Source of the DNA: an uncultured Methanoregulaceae archaeon
GTDB lineage: Archaea > Halobacteriota > Methanomicrobia > Methanomicrobiales > Methanospirillaceae
Length of the DNA stretch: 64,000 bases
Assembly: GCA_963717525.1 (NCBI GenBank)
Contig: OY970343.1
Coordinates: 1,056,001-1,120,000, forward strand
Direction: 5' to 3'
Shown here: in pieces, positions 35,508 through 46,723 of the stretch
How positions within the stretch are numbered: the stretch's first letter is position 1
Layout of the letters: each line of letters begins with the position of its first letter
Position numbers and translations under genes: made by a program
The notes under the pieces: generated by a model
What the model saw: only the letters and a program-made list of their open reading frames with translations
Database searches by the model: none
What the model was told of the DNA's origin: nothing

Positions 35508-36059
35508 ATGCGGCTCCATATTTTTTGGGATCAGCTCTCCCCGGAAGGCCTGCAACTGCCGGCCGGCCGGATGATCTCGGCAGTCACCGGACTCCCTGCC
35601 GATGTTGTCGATAATCCCGTGCGTATCATGGGGTTTGAGAATTCGCGTAAGCAGATCGATGCCCAGGTGCAGCTGGACTATCTCGCGGCTTACAAGCACC
35701 AGCACCGGATAGCTGACCCCATCCTGCTCGTGGTCAGTCAGGACCTCTTCAACCGCGGCCATTCCACCCTTTTCGGCCTTGCGCGGGAATCCGCGGGAGT
35801 GGCGGCGGTATCGACGGCCCGGCTGGCAAATGAATATTATGGGCTGGAAGCGTCCGATGACGCCCTGATCGACCGGATCGTCACAGAAGGGGCGCATGAA
35901 GTCGGCCACCTGCTGGGACTTCCTCACTGCACGAACCGCGAGTGCATCATGTTCTGCCCGGATACACTCGACGAACTCAATGGGAAAAAGAAGAGATTCT
36001 GTGATGCCTGCCACAAGCAGCTCGAACAGAAACTCATACCAGAGATCGACCAGATCTGA
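35508..36059 (+). CDS. amzA: archaemetzincin Zn metalloprotease
   Basis: HEVGHLLGLPHC-x4-CIM and C-terminal CDAC. Confidence 0.88.
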   Translation: MRLHIFWDQLSPEGLQLPAGRMISAVTGLPADVVDNPVRIMGFENSRKQIDAQVQLDYLAAYKHQHRIADPILLVVSQDLFNRGHSTLFGLARESAGVAAVSTARLANEYYGLEASDDALIDRIVTEGAHEVGHLLGLPHCTNRECIMFCPDTLDELNGKKKRFCDACHKQLEQKLIPEIDQI

Positions 36060-36089
36060 TGGATCTTTTATTCTTTTCTGCAGGAAAAA

Positions 36090-36680
36090 TCACGCGATCA
36101 GGGGCAGGATCTCGATCTCCATGGTGCTGATCCTCTCGTAGATCCTCTTGAGCCGGATGATCGGCCAGAGCTGGTACAGGAGTGTGGTAACCGGCTGCCA
36201 CATCGCCACCCAGCCGATGATCAGGAGCGCATAGGAGATGAGCTGGAGAGCGATAGAGGAGGAATTCATGCTTGCGACAATCTGGCTGGCGACAAGGGCT
36301 ATTGCGAGGAACGAAAGCCCGACAATAAGGCTGAACCGGCCGAACCGGAATTTTGCCCGGAACTTCCGCTCCGTCACCAGCATCCGGTACTGGAAATGGT
36401 TGTGGATGGCGGGAATGATCTTCTTTGCCTCCTCGCTCGCTGCAATGGCAGGGGGGAGGAAGATATGGATCATAAATTTTGTCTTTGCCGGAAAGTCCTG
36501 GACCGTATCCACAATATAGCCTTCTGCTTCAGAATCGAGCTCTTTTTCGTAGAAGGGGGCAGGATCAAAGGAGTTGAAGAGCTGGATTACGGAGGTCAGC
36601 TTGATCTCGATTAAGACCCTGCCGTCCTTCTGGCGGTACATCGATTCGATGGTGGGCACCGGCTCTGATGCAAGAGGCAT
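36090..36680 (-). CDS. conserved membrane protein
   Basis: QLFNSFDPAPFYEKELD, GWVAMWQP; two TM segments. Confidence 0.8.
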   Translation of the reverse strand: MPLASEPVPTIESMYRQKDGRVLIEIKLTSVIQLFNSFDPAPFYEKELDSEAEGYIVDTVQDFPAKTKFMIHIFLPPAIAASEEAKKIIPAIHNHFQYRMLVTERKFRAKFRFGRFSLIVGLSFLAIALVASQIVASMNSSSIALQLISYALLIIGWVAMWQPVTTLLYQLWPIIRLKRIYERISTMEIEILPLIA

Positions 36681-36825
36681 ACTGTTTTTATACAGCGGCT
36701 GAACCAATAAATTCTGCGAACGGCCGGATGTCACCCATAATACGGCCGGAAATAATGGGAAAAATTTTCCAAAAAAAACAGGAATCTCAAAAGGCGGGAA
36801 GAATCCGGGACACCGGGTGCCCGGC

Positions 36826-37323
36826 TTATTCCTTTTCCTTCACGTACTGGATGCCTTCAGGCTCCCGGTAATCGGTTTTTATCACGATCGTGTTGGAGAT
36901 CCGGTTGAAAACCCGGAGTTTTGTCTGAGGCATCGCGAGCCACCCGATCAGGCAGTCGAGGGCAAGGACGAGAATAAACGCCTTTCCCAGACTTTCGATG
37001 GCAGCTGTCCCCCCGTGGATCCGCGTCCCGTCGCGGTTCACGACCCGGATGTTCATCACCATCTTGCCGATCGACTGCCCCTTGTAGCTCTCAAAAATGG
37101 TCCAGTACAGGAAGAAAAAGAGCGAATGGAAACCGAGATCCAGGAGCCTCCCGTTCAGGATTTCCCAAAAGGGATGAATCGCCCCAAAGATAATCGAATC
37201 AACAATATTCAGGAGAAGGAGAACGAGGATGATATCGATCAGCCATGCCCAGAACCGGATGGACCAGTTTGCGAGGTGAAGGGTTCTGGCATGTTCCAGT
37301 CGCGGACGCTCCTCTTCTGTCAC
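36826..37323 (-). CDS. RDD family protein
   Basis: RFWAWLID, GQSIGKMVMNIRVV. Confidence 0.88.
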   Translation of the reverse strand: MTEEERPRLEHARTLHLANWSIRFWAWLIDIILVLLLLNIVDSIIFGAIHPFWEILNGRLLDLGFHSLFFFLYWTIFESYKGQSIGKMVMNIRVVNRDGTRIHGGTAAIESLGKAFILVLALDCLIGWLAMPQTKLRVFNRISNTIVIKTDYREPEGIQYVKEKE

Positions 37324-37541
37324 GGGCGGGGAAACAGCTGCCGGTGCGGGACCGGTTCCGGTAACTGGGTCGTCCCCGGGAATTCTGCTGTCATAATGCC
37401 TGATCTATACGCACCGGAAGGGAATGAACCTTTGCGGATCCGGCTTCATTTTTGCCCCGGTTGTCTTTCCCTGGGGAACAACCCTTTTTATGAGAAGATG
37501 CAATACTTAAAAAATCAGGCAGACTCCAGAGGAAGTAAACC

Positions 37542-38627
37542 ATGACCGAATCAGTCATCACCGAATTTACCGGGAGCCAGCGGGAATCAATCAGCCGGGT
37601 ATACCGGTACAGCCCGGGCGGGGTCAGGGTGCTGGACAGCCATGACGTGACGCGGAGGCTGTACCGGTTCGACCCGGCCACGAACACAATGACGGAGAAC
37701 GATCCCGGACAGCCGAATAAGATTCTCCGCCGGTTCGTCTTTGACAACTACGGGATGCTCGAAGAGACCTTCTCGTTCGGGAGCCCGCCCCGGACCTACC
37801 GGTACGAGGCCGGGGGCCGCCAGATTGTGATGCGGGAAGGCGGGGATTATGGTGCCGTGGGAAAGACATTCTCCTTCGAGGGCAGCGGGGTGGCCGAGAC
37901 CGCGTTCGGGCGCGACGGCAGCATAGAACGGGTCTATGTGTTCGACCCCCGGAACAAGACAATCACCATCCGTAAGGGAGGGTGGTACGGCGATGTGGAG
38001 CGGCAGCTGTTCTTTGATCGGCTGGACGTATCGGTCTTCTGCGAACTTGAGGCCTTCCTCCAGTTTTTGATGTTCTCCGAGAAGAGTGCCCGCGAAACAG
38101 AGGCGGAGATCGATGAGCAGGTGCAGAAGATCCGGGCCTCAGCGCCCGGCCAGGGCAGGTTTGCGTACACGGGCCAGCGCCACGCGTCCGCCGAAACCAG
38201 CGGTGCGCAGGGCACGCCGGCGGCACGCGCCCCGTTGCACCCCGCGAGCCGGGGCACGGCCGCCGGCAGGGCAGGACGGGACGAGGCAGGGATTGATTTC
38301 ATCCCGGCTGCGGATTCGCCGCGGGACATCCCCCGGGGCGCTCCCGGCGCACGCGTGCAGAGCACGGCCATATCAATCGAGGAGAGGTTCCGGAGCGTGC
38401 GGGACGAAGACCGGACACTCACCGCAGGAAGAAGCGCAAGTATTCCTCTCGATGAACGGTTCCGGAGTTCCCGGGAAGAGGAGCGGACGCTCACCAAAGG
38501 GAGGAGTGCAAGCATCCCTCTGGAGGAGCGGTTCCAGAACGAGGAGAATGATAAGGACGAGCTTACCCCCGGGAGGAGCACCCAAATCTCCTACGAGGAG
38601 CGCAAGAAAGGGAGCCGGATGCAGTAA
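37542..38627 (+). CDS. hypothetical protein with C-terminal 24-aa tandem repeats
   Basis: 361-aa ORF with host-like codon usage; repeat SASIPLEERF..RTLT.GR. Confidence 0.75.
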   Translation: MTESVITEFTGSQRESISRVYRYSPGGVRVLDSHDVTRRLYRFDPATNTMTENDPGQPNKILRRFVFDNYGMLEETFSFGSPPRTYRYEAGGRQIVMREGGDYGAVGKTFSFEGSGVAETAFGRDGSIERVYVFDPRNKTITIRKGGWYGDVERQLFFDRLDVSVFCELEAFLQFLMFSEKSARETEAEIDEQVQKIRASAPGQGRFAYTGQRHASAETSGAQGTPAARAPLHPASRGTAAGRAGRDEAGIDFIPAADSPRDIPRGAPGARVQSTAISIEERFRSVRDEDRTLTAGRSASIPLDERFRSSREEERTLTKGRSASIPLEERFQNEENDKDELTPGRSTQISYEERKKGSRMQ

Positions 38628-38737
38628 GCCAGAGATCATATCTCCGGCACTTTTTTTTATAAATGTCGCCCCCCTCTTGCGCCACCAATCCCCCGGGGGG
38701 GACGGGGCGCATGGCGATGCATCCAGTATTACCTATA

Positions 38738-39759
38738 TGTATAGTGCCAGAGTTTCTGTCCTAAAACAGTGACAGTATTTATGTCCGCTTTCAAGAGCAC
38801 CGAAGAGGTGCTTGCGGGTGAAAGCGACCATGGAAATCAGAACCAAATCAGTCGTATTCTATGAAGAAGGAATACGAAGCGCACGAGAGATCGGAGAGAC
38901 GTATAGCATCTCCGAAAGGACGGTGAGACGCTGGGCCAAGGCCCATCGTGAAGACCTGGTGGATGGGTTGCGACCCAAAAAGACCGGGCCGAAACGATCC
39001 CCTCGGGCAATATCTCCGTCACTGGAACGACGAATTATCCGGCTCAAAGAGAAATATCCTGCATGGGGCGCCCGTCGTATCAAGTACCAGTTTGATCTGG
39101 CCTGTTCCTGGAGGACAGTCCATCGTATCCTCAAAAAGCATGGACTTCTCATTCGTGTCAAAGCAAAACCTCAGCCAGCCGGCAAACGATTCCAACGTCG
39201 TCACGTTGACAGCATGTGGCAGGGTGATACGTTCCAGTTTCGTATCCGGGGTGTCGGCAAGGTCTATGTCACCGGTTTTACTGATGACTGCTCCCGGTAT
39301 CGGGTGAAAAGCAAGGTCTATCTTCACAAAGATGCTGCATCAGCGGTCAACGCTCTTCGCTGGGCGCTCCGCACCGGACGAATCCCTCGTGAAATTTATC
39401 TCGATAATGGGAAACAGTTTGTCTCAAAAGTCTTCAAAGCTGAAGCACAGAAAAACGGTATCAAACTGATCTTCGGCCGGCCGTACAACCCGCGTGGCCG
39501 TGGCAAGATTGAACGGTATCACAAGACTCTCTATCAGGAACTCATTGCCCTCAAGGAATTCTATTCGTTAAGCCACTTCAAACGGGAACTCTGGTCCTTC
39601 GACCACCAGTACAACAACTGGAGAAAGCAGGAGATCCTGAACTGGATGACTCCGACATCAGTCTATCACAACGAAATTAATTTTAATAAAAACAGAAAAT
39701 GTCTATCAAGCGGACATAAACTCTGTCAACAAATCGGACATTAATTGTGGCACTCTACA
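38738..39759 (+). mobile_element. complete IS481-family insertion sequence (1022 bp)
   Basis: TGT...ACA ends; imperfect ~50-bp terminal IRs (TGTATAGTGCCA..TTTATGTCCGCTT vs TGTAGAGTGCCA..TTTATGTCCGCTT); direct repeat CCTATA at 38732-38737 and 39760-39765. Confidence 0.93.
38830..39744 (+). CDS. IS481-family DDE transposase
   Basis: HTH, WGARRI, WQGD, DDCSRY, DNGKQF, GKIERYHKT. Confidence 0.93.
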   Translation: MEIRTKSVVFYEEGIRSAREIGETYSISERTVRRWAKAHREDLVDGLRPKKTGPKRSPRAISPSLERRIIRLKEKYPAWGARRIKYQFDLACSWRTVHRILKKHGLLIRVKAKPQPAGKRFQRRHVDSMWQGDTFQFRIRGVGKVYVTGFTDDCSRYRVKSKVYLHKDAASAVNALRWALRTGRIPREIYLDNGKQFVSKVFKAEAQKNGIKLIFGRPYNPRGRGKIERYHKTLYQELIALKEFYSLSHFKRELWSFDHQYNNWRKQEILNWMTPTSVYHNEINFNKNRKCLSSGHKLCQQIGH

Positions 39760-39950
39760 CCTATACAAGAAAATCCTCAATCATTCCATTTTTATGTGCA
39801 GGTAATACGGCATCATCGCAACCAGAGGATGCCCGAGTGGCGGGGGCAGCAGCCCCTAAGAGCGTTCATCATCCATTTAGGATTATTTCTGCAGAGCTTG
39901 TGTTTAAAAAAAGAAGTGTTCTGCAGAGCCAAAACTCAAAGGAAGAAAAT

Positions 39951-40139
39951 TTAATGTTCATCGCACCGGAGCACGCCGGCGTGACCAATGTCTTCGAGGC
40001 TGTGTTCATCGATCATGATCGTGACGAGATCCGGGTCGATCTTCAGGGTTGAGACAAGGATATTCGTAAACTCTTTTACAATTTTGCGTTTCTGTTCCGT
40101 TGTCCAGCCTTTACGCACCTTGAGTATAACGACAGGCAT
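39951..40139 (-). CDS. 4-oxalocrotonate tautomerase family protein
   Basis: Pro-1 after Met, GWTTEQKR, C-terminal GHAG; 62 aa. Confidence 0.88.
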   Translation of the reverse strand: MPVVILKVRKGWTTEQKRKIVKEFTNILVSTLKIDPDLVTIMIDEHSLEDIGHAGVLRCDEH

Positions 40140-40303
40140 TGATTCACCTTATACCCGGAACTATTGGGAGGAGCCGGTATTTAGCCGCACACCCTGCCGG
40201 CACCTTTTGCAATTCCGAGTTTAAGGTGGTCCGACGATCTTTACTTTCATGCCCCGAAATATATCTCTTTAAATACCGGCGTCCATTGGTACCTCACACC
40301 AGC

Positions 40304-43114
40304 ATGAAAAACATCATCATTAAGGGTGCGCGCCAGCACAACCTGAAAAATATCAATGTGGAGATCCCCCGTGACAAGTTAATCGTGATAACGGGGGTCT
40401 CGGGCTCGGGTAAGTCGACCCTTGCGTTTGACACGCTCTATGCCGAAGGCCAGCGGCGGTACGTCGAGTCCCTCTCCTCCTACGCCCGGCAGTTCCTTGG
40501 CATGATGCAGAAGCCCGACGTGGATTCTATTGAAGGGCTTTCGCCAGCCATCTCGATCGAGCAGAAGACCACGTCCAAAAATCCCCGTTCGACCGTGGGG
40601 ACCACCACCGAGATCTACGATTATCTCCGGCTGCTCTTTGCCCGGATCGGGATGCCATACTGCCCGGAGCACAATATCCCGATTGCCGCTCAGAGCCCGG
40701 ACCGGATCGCCGACCAGATCGCCGCGGAGCACCCGGGCATGGTCACGGTCCTTGCTCCAATAGTCCGGCAGAAGAAAGGGACCTACCAGCAGCTGTTAAA
40801 AGACCTCAATAAGGAAGGCTATGCCCGGGTCCGGGTGAACAAAAAGATCATCCGCACCGATGAGGAAATGACCCTTGACCGGTACAAGAAGCAGGATATC
40901 GAGATCGTGATTGACCGGCTGGATACCTCCGACCGGTCCCGGCTGGCTGAGGCAGTCGAGAACACGCTCAAAAAGTCCGAGGGGCTCGTCCTTGTGGCCG
41001 ACGAGGAAGGAAAAGAATCGACCTACTCCTCGCTCCTTGCCTGCCCGGTCTGCGGCCTCGCCTTCGAGGAACTCCAGCCAAGGATGTTCTCGTTCAACAG
41101 CCCGTTCGGGGCCTGCGGGGAGTGCCACGGCCTTGGCGTCAAGATGGAGTTCGACGCCGATCTCATCATCCCCGACAAGGACCGGTGCATCGCGGACGGT
41201 GCAGTGGCGCCGTACCGGAACCCGATGGACGGCTTCAGGGGCCAGTACCTGGCAACGGTGGCAAAGCACTTCGGCTTTTCTGCCTTGACCCCGATAAAGG
41301 ACCTGGACGAGCGGCAGTATAATGCGCTGATGTACGGTTCAGGTGAGAGGATGCACTTCTCGATGAGCATGAAAAACGGGGATGCCCAGTGGTCGCACAA
41401 CGGCGAGTGGGAGGGCCTCCTGCCGCAGACCGCCCGGCTCTATGCCCAGACCCAGTCCGAGTGGCGGAAGCGGGAGCTGGAGAATTATATGCGGGTCTTC
41501 CCCTGCCCGGCCTGTAAGGGAAAGCGGCTCAAGGACAAGGTGCTCGCTGTCCGGATCAATGACAAATCGATCATCGATGTCACCGATCTCTCAGTCACTG
41601 CCTGCCTCGCGTACTTCGCCGGTCTCCGGCTCACCGAGAAAGAGGAGGGGATCGCCCGGCAAATCATCAAGGAGATCCGGTCGCGCCTGCTGTTCCTGGA
41701 AAAAGTCGGTCTCGGGTACCTGACACTCTCGCGGAACGCCGGGACGCTCTCCGGTGGGGAAGCGCAGCGGATCCGGCTTGCCACCCAGATCGGCTCGAAC
41801 CTGATGGGCGTACTCTACGTGCTCGACGAGCCTTCTATCGGGCTGCACCAGCGGGACAACCGGAAGCTGATCGGCACCCTGCGGACGCTGCGCGATATAG
41901 GAAACACGCTGATTGTCGTGGAGCACGATGAGGATATGATCCGCTCTGCCGACCATGTGATCGATATCGGCCCCGGCGCCGGGCTCCACGGGGGAGCGAT
42001 TGTAGCCGAAGGAACGCCGCAACAGATCGAGAAGAACAAGAAGTCCCTCACCGGGCAGTACCTCGCCGGGAAAAAGAAGATCGATGTACCCGGAACGCGC
42101 CGGAAGGCCAAAAAATATGTGACTGTCAAAGGCTGCAAAGAGAATAACCTGAAAAACATCGATGTGAAGATCCCGATCGGCCTCTTCTCGGTCGTGACCG
42201 GGGTCTCGGGCTCGGGCAAGTCCACGCTCGTCTACGACACGCTGTACAAGGGCATGATGCAGAAGCTGTACGGCTCCCGGGAGCAGGCGGGAGCGCACAC
42301 GGCGATCACGTTCGATTCCGAGATCGACAAGGTGATCGTGATCGACCAGAGCCCGATCGGCCGCACACCGCGCTCGAACCCGGCGACCTACACCAAGGTC
42401 TTCGACGAGATCCGGACGGTCTTTGCGGAGACAAAAGAGGCAAAGATGCGGGGCTACAAGCCCGGGCGGTTCTCGTTTAACATCAGGGGCGGGCGGTGCG
42501 AAGCCTGCGAAGGTGACGGCCTGATCAAGATCGAGATGAACTTCCTGCCCGATGTCTATATCGAGTGCGAGGAGTGCAAAGGCAAGCGCTACAACCGCGA
42601 GACGCTCGAAGTGAAATACAAAGGCAAGTCAATCGCGGACATTCTCGACATGAGCGTCGAGGAAGCGATGGCACTCTTCGAGAACATCCCCTCGATCCGG
42701 GGCAAGCTCGAGATGCTCTCCCGGGTCGGCCTCGATTATGTCAAGCTCGGCCAGAGCGCGACTACGCTTTCGGGCGGGGAGGCACAAAGGATCAAGCTCA
42801 CCCGGGAACTCGCGAAGAGGGCGACAGGAAAAACCCTGTACCTGCTGGACGAGCCGACCACCGGGCTCCACTTCGACGACACGAAGAAGCTGATCAAGGT
42901 GCTCGACGATCTCGTAGAGAAGGGCAACACCGTGGTCGTGATCGAGCACAACCTCGATGTGATCAAGTCAGCCGATTATCTCATCGATATCGGGCCCGAG
43001 GGAGGGGATGCCGGCGGCGAGATCGTGGCGACCGGGACACCGGAACACGTGGCTGCGGTACCGGAGAGTTACACCGGGCAGTTTTTGAAGACGATGCTTG
43101 AGAGGAAAGCTTAG
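40304..43114 (+). CDS. uvrA: excinuclease ABC subunit A
   Basis: GARQHNLKN, two GVSGSGKS Walker A, LSGGEAQR twice, Zn fingers. Confidence 0.97.
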   Translation: MKNIIIKGARQHNLKNINVEIPRDKLIVITGVSGSGKSTLAFDTLYAEGQRRYVESLSSYARQFLGMMQKPDVDSIEGLSPAISIEQKTTSKNPRSTVGTTTEIYDYLRLLFARIGMPYCPEHNIPIAAQSPDRIADQIAAEHPGMVTVLAPIVRQKKGTYQQLLKDLNKEGYARVRVNKKIIRTDEEMTLDRYKKQDIEIVIDRLDTSDRSRLAEAVENTLKKSEGLVLVADEEGKESTYSSLLACPVCGLAFEELQPRMFSFNSPFGACGECHGLGVKMEFDADLIIPDKDRCIADGAVAPYRNPMDGFRGQYLATVAKHFGFSALTPIKDLDERQYNALMYGSGERMHFSMSMKNGDAQWSHNGEWEGLLPQTARLYAQTQSEWRKRELENYMRVFPCPACKGKRLKDKVLAVRINDKSIIDVTDLSVTACLAYFAGLRLTEKEEGIARQIIKEIRSRLLFLEKVGLGYLTLSRNAGTLSGGEAQRIRLATQIGSNLMGVLYVLDEPSIGLHQRDNRKLIGTLRTLRDIGNTLIVVEHDEDMIRSADHVIDIGPGAGLHGGAIVAEGTPQQIEKNKKSLTGQYLAGKKKIDVPGTRRKAKKYVTVKGCKENNLKNIDVKIPIGLFSVVTGVSGSGKSTLVYDTLYKGMMQKLYGSREQAGAHTAITFDSEIDKVIVIDQSPIGRTPRSNPATYTKVFDEIRTVFAETKEAKMRGYKPGRFSFNIRGGRCEACEGDGLIKIEMNFLPDVYIECEECKGKRYNRETLEVKYKGKSIADILDMSVEEAMALFENIPSIRGKLEMLSRVGLDYVKLGQSATTLSGGEAQRIKLTRELAKRATGKTLYLLDEPTTGLHFDDTKKLIKVLDDLVEKGNTVVVIEHNLDVIKSADYLIDIGPEGGDAGGEIVATGTPEHVAAVPESYTGQFLKTMLERKA

Positions 43115-43350
43115 ATCCTTGTGTATCTTTTTTCGGAATAGTGCGGATTGCTTTTTTATGAAATATTAGCGAAGGCTCCCTGCCTCTGGGCCCCTCATGA
43201 GGCATAGTGGGGCAGAGCATATGGCGAGTGATGAGGAGTTTACGCATGAAATGATAGGGATAGAAGCGTAGAAATATACGGTGCGTAGTTAGTGAGAGCC
43301 ATACATTCAATAATCCATAGAACAATTATTCCAATAAATCGACTAGGTAA

Positions 43351-44289
43351 ATGAAAACTATTCATTCTATTCCAAAATCGAATCCAAATTTGGCCAAAAT
43401 AACACTTTCAAATGCTTATGAGGATTTGCAGGTCTCTCGATTGTTATTTAAAAACAAACATTACGCACGATCGATTTTTCATCTTCAGCAAAGTGTCGAA
43501 AAGGCAGTGAAATCCTTTGGATATTATAGTGGATTATTTGACGAAAACATTGCAAAAAACATGCAATTGATCGGCCATAATGTAACGAATGCCTACCCAG
43601 TCTCTTTAGAACAATATCAGAAGATTGTAGAGTTTATAAAATCTAACCCGAATGAAGATTATGTTCAATATTTTCTTATTGAAAATTTTGCTTTTTTTAG
43701 AGAGATAAATCGAGATATTGACGATCTTTTAAAACAAATCGAAGACAATTTTCGATTAATCGATAAACTTGATTTAACTTCAGATGAAATAATTAAATAT
43801 CTCAATATTCTTGAAGAAAAAAGCATTGAAGCTAAATCAACACTGAAATTATTGAAAAGCGAAAATGTATCTGATAAAATTAGGAAAGAAATAATCGAAA
43901 TATGGAAGGTTTATATCAAGGATGAAATGAAAATTTTGTGTCATAAACATCATACTCCTTTTTTGACAGTTGAAAAAATAATAGATAAAGAATGTGAATC
44001 ATTCACGAATGAAGGGATAAGCCATGCGATATTATTTGTGTATTATCAGTACTTTGCCATTGATCCGCTTTTTTATCTCGGAATATTAACGCAGCATCAT
44101 GAACAAAAAACTCGGTATCCCAATTACAATAAAAATTTTAATCCACTGGAATACTACGATGATAAAAATCCGTTAATTGTAAATTATAACCAAATTCATA
44201 AATTTACAAAAGAAGGATTGAAACGACTTGAAAAATTATTTTCATTGGAAATTCCCTCAAAGAAAACATTATCCGGGTATAATTCTTAA
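43351..44289 (+). CDS. HEPN-domain protein with long insertion
   Basis: AYEDL..SRLLF...SIFHLQQSVEKAVK...GHN and C-terminal TRYP; strongly AT-rich. Confidence 0.75.
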   Translation: MKTIHSIPKSNPNLAKITLSNAYEDLQVSRLLFKNKHYARSIFHLQQSVEKAVKSFGYYSGLFDENIAKNMQLIGHNVTNAYPVSLEQYQKIVEFIKSNPNEDYVQYFLIENFAFFREINRDIDDLLKQIEDNFRLIDKLDLTSDEIIKYLNILEEKSIEAKSTLKLLKSENVSDKIRKEIIEIWKVYIKDEMKILCHKHHTPFLTVEKIIDKECESFTNEGISHAILFVYYQYFAIDPLFYLGILTQHHEQKTRYPNYNKNFNPLEYYDDKNPLIVNYNQIHKFTKEGLKRLEKLFSLEIPSKKTLSGYNS

Positions 44290-44429
44290 ATTGCAGTGCA
44301 TTAACAGGAAGCTCTTTTCCGAAGTCTAAAGATGTAATGAACGGTCATCTCTTCGATTCATGATAAGGTGGTGGCCCACACCACAAACCCTTCAAGCCGC
44401 TGATGATGGCCTGCAACGAACTCGCAGCA

Positions 44430-44640
44430 GGGAGCGATGCATCCCCGCCTCAGGGTCCCTCACGGGGCACGGCGGGGCTGATTACCCGTGTAATGCCCTC
44501 TCCGGTAAATTGATCCGCCGCGGGGGCGTCCCTTCGGGGGCGGCGGCACTCCTCGCTCGTGGGGGTGTGGGGGCGACAGCCCCCACGATATCCCCATCAC
44601 ACAAACCGGAACCTCCGGCGGCTCCGACCCGAAGATTTCC
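44430..44640. repeat. GC-rich structured non-coding element (REP/MITE-like)
   Basis: Hairpin GTGGGGGC-GACA-GCCCCCAC (44567-44586) and a cTTCGg loop near 44533; motifs shared with the element around the IS481 site. Confidence 0.5.
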
Positions 44641-44773
44641 GGAAAATTCCGTACCGTGAGCTGAGGATTTGCAAAAATAATCGATCCGGCAGCTGAAGAT
44701 TTTGAAAAAAGATCCGGGTCACCTGCGTTTTATCTGTCATAGAATGTGCTCCCGGAATACTTATTCGTTGATA

Positions 44774-45095
44774 AATCCGGGCCCGTAACACCGTCCAATC
44801 TCCCTGTCCGAAAATCAGTGCTCATAAATGGCTCCATTTGCCAAAATAAGCCTAAATTGAGCCCCATATAATGCCCATAATCGGCCATAGACGCCCCTAG
44901 AACGGCCACGATTTTCAGGATAAACCGAAAACCCATCCGGACCAAAAAAGGGTCTCAAAACGCGAATACGTGAACCTTTTATTTCGTCCGATTGTCGAAA
45001 TAAGGCTGATTTGGGCTTATTTTTAAACGGAGCCCGATACGGGCTTCTTTTCGATCAGGAAATGGGTAAACGGAGGTCAGATTGAGCCCGGATTA
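44774..45095. repeat. long imperfect inverted repeat upstream of the integrase
   Basis: AAAATAAGCCTAAAT (44843-44857) vs ATTTGGGCTTATTTT (45009-45023), with further paired blocks out to AATCCGGGC/GCCCGGATT. Confidence 0.55.
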
Positions 45096-45370
45096 GGGTA
45101 GAGCAGTACTCCTCCCAGCACCCTATACAAGGTGGGGTAGACATCCATCTCCCCCCTCCGCCCGCTCAAAATATTCACCGGGATTTTCCGGCTTTCCGCC
45201 TTTTCCAAAAAAAGCCGGCGCGGTTGCTGAAATATCTCAAAGAAGTTTATGGTGTTACCGGCATTTTTGAAATTCGTTCAACAGCGCTGCCAAACTTTTT
45301 AAAAATAAACTCTGACATGTGTCAGTATTTTTACAAAACCATTATAATCTCACGACGCGCACTCTCCTGC

Positions 45371-46690
45371 ATGGCAAAGAGGGCAGAGAGAAAACAGGAC
45401 ACTACCAGCGCCACAATCCCAAAGCTGGCGAAGTTTTTATCCGGGTATAGCAATTCAAGCAGCCGGGCGGGGTATAAGAATTCAATCGAATCTTTCCTGC
45501 GTTGTATCTACGGTTTGAAGAAAGAAGATATCAAAGCAGGTAAAATCCCGGCACCAGATTACAACTCGCTTTTCGAACTGTACTTACTCTCCAAGCGTGA
45601 TAACGATGCAGACTTTATCCGGTTTTCCGAACACCTGATAGAAACACGCCCGGCACTATCTGCAAAGCAAACGATGACCCTGGTCAGGTATGCAATGACC
45701 TATCACGGGATTACCATCAGCAAGGGTACCAGTCAGGATATACGTCGGGAAACCATGAAGGGCAGTGCGGCGACCGTTGACAGGGCATTGAACACCAAGA
45801 TCATCAATGCGGCACTCCAGCACTGCACAATACAAGGCAAGGCACTTTTTTTATGCCTCGCGAGTAACGGGGCCCGCCTCAACGAGATGTTAACCGTCAG
45901 TATCAACGACGTGGATTTTAATAATCACCCTGTCAAGATGACATTTCGGGGAGAGAATACCAAAACCAAGACGCAAAGGTATACTTTTATTTCCGACGAA
46001 GCAGCGGCAGCTGTTCAGGAGTGGTTGAAGGTTCGCGGTCAATATATCGAGATGAGCAACGCCAAGAGCAAGAAACTGATTGAGAGGGGACTTGCCAGCA
46101 TCAAGTCGGCTGAGGATACCCGCCTCTTCCCATTCAGCGATGCATCCGTAACCGCATGGTGGAATGATGCACTGGCAGCAAGTGGGGAACTGACAAAAGA
46201 TGACGTGACAGGTAGGAATCAGTTACGGATTCACGGATTTCGAAAATTTTTCTTGAGCCAGATGAGTTTGGTTATCAGCAAGGAGATCCCAGAATTTTTA
46301 GCCGGTCACGCATCATACCTGTCAGGTTCATACAGGAGATATGATGAGAACACCGTTGCTGCCGAGTATCTTCAAGGAATGCATATGGTCTCGGTCACCG
46401 GCAATAAACAGATAAAAGAATTGGAGAACGAGTTAAAGCAAACGATGCAGGATCAGGCAGCGAAGACGGAGAAACATGCTGAAACCCTTGAATACCTCCT
46501 CAAGAAATATATGAAGGTCGAGGAGGAATTGACCAAGTTACAGGCAGATGTCAAGGCAGGGACCGAACTCTTCCGGACTGTTATGGCCGACCCGGCCATG
46601 TTATCCAACCTGAAGGATATGTTTGCCTTGGCCGGCCGGATGAAAGACAACCCGGACCTTCTCCGGAAGATTACAAAACTGATCTCGTAA
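45371..46690 (+). CDS. tyrosine recombinase / integrase
   Basis: NGARLNE (R), TKTK (K), HGFRKFF (HxxR), LAGH, SY (Y); C-terminal coiled coil. Confidence 0.92.
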   Translation: MAKRAERKQDTTSATIPKLAKFLSGYSNSSSRAGYKNSIESFLRCIYGLKKEDIKAGKIPAPDYNSLFELYLLSKRDNDADFIRFSEHLIETRPALSAKQTMTLVRYAMTYHGITISKGTSQDIRRETMKGSAATVDRALNTKIINAALQHCTIQGKALFLCLASNGARLNEMLTVSINDVDFNNHPVKMTFRGENTKTKTQRYTFISDEAAAAVQEWLKVRGQYIEMSNAKSKKLIERGLASIKSAEDTRLFPFSDASVTAWWNDALAASGELTKDDVTGRNQLRIHGFRKFFLSQMSLVISKEIPEFLAGHASYLSGSYRRYDENTVAAEYLQGMHMVSVTGNKQIKELENELKQTMQDQAAKTEKHAETLEYLLKKYMKVEEELTKLQADVKAGTELFRTVMADPAMLSNLKDMFALAGRMKDNPDLLRKITKLIS

Positions 46691-46723
46691 CTGTCGTACC
46701 TTATCAGTTATCCGATAATTCCC

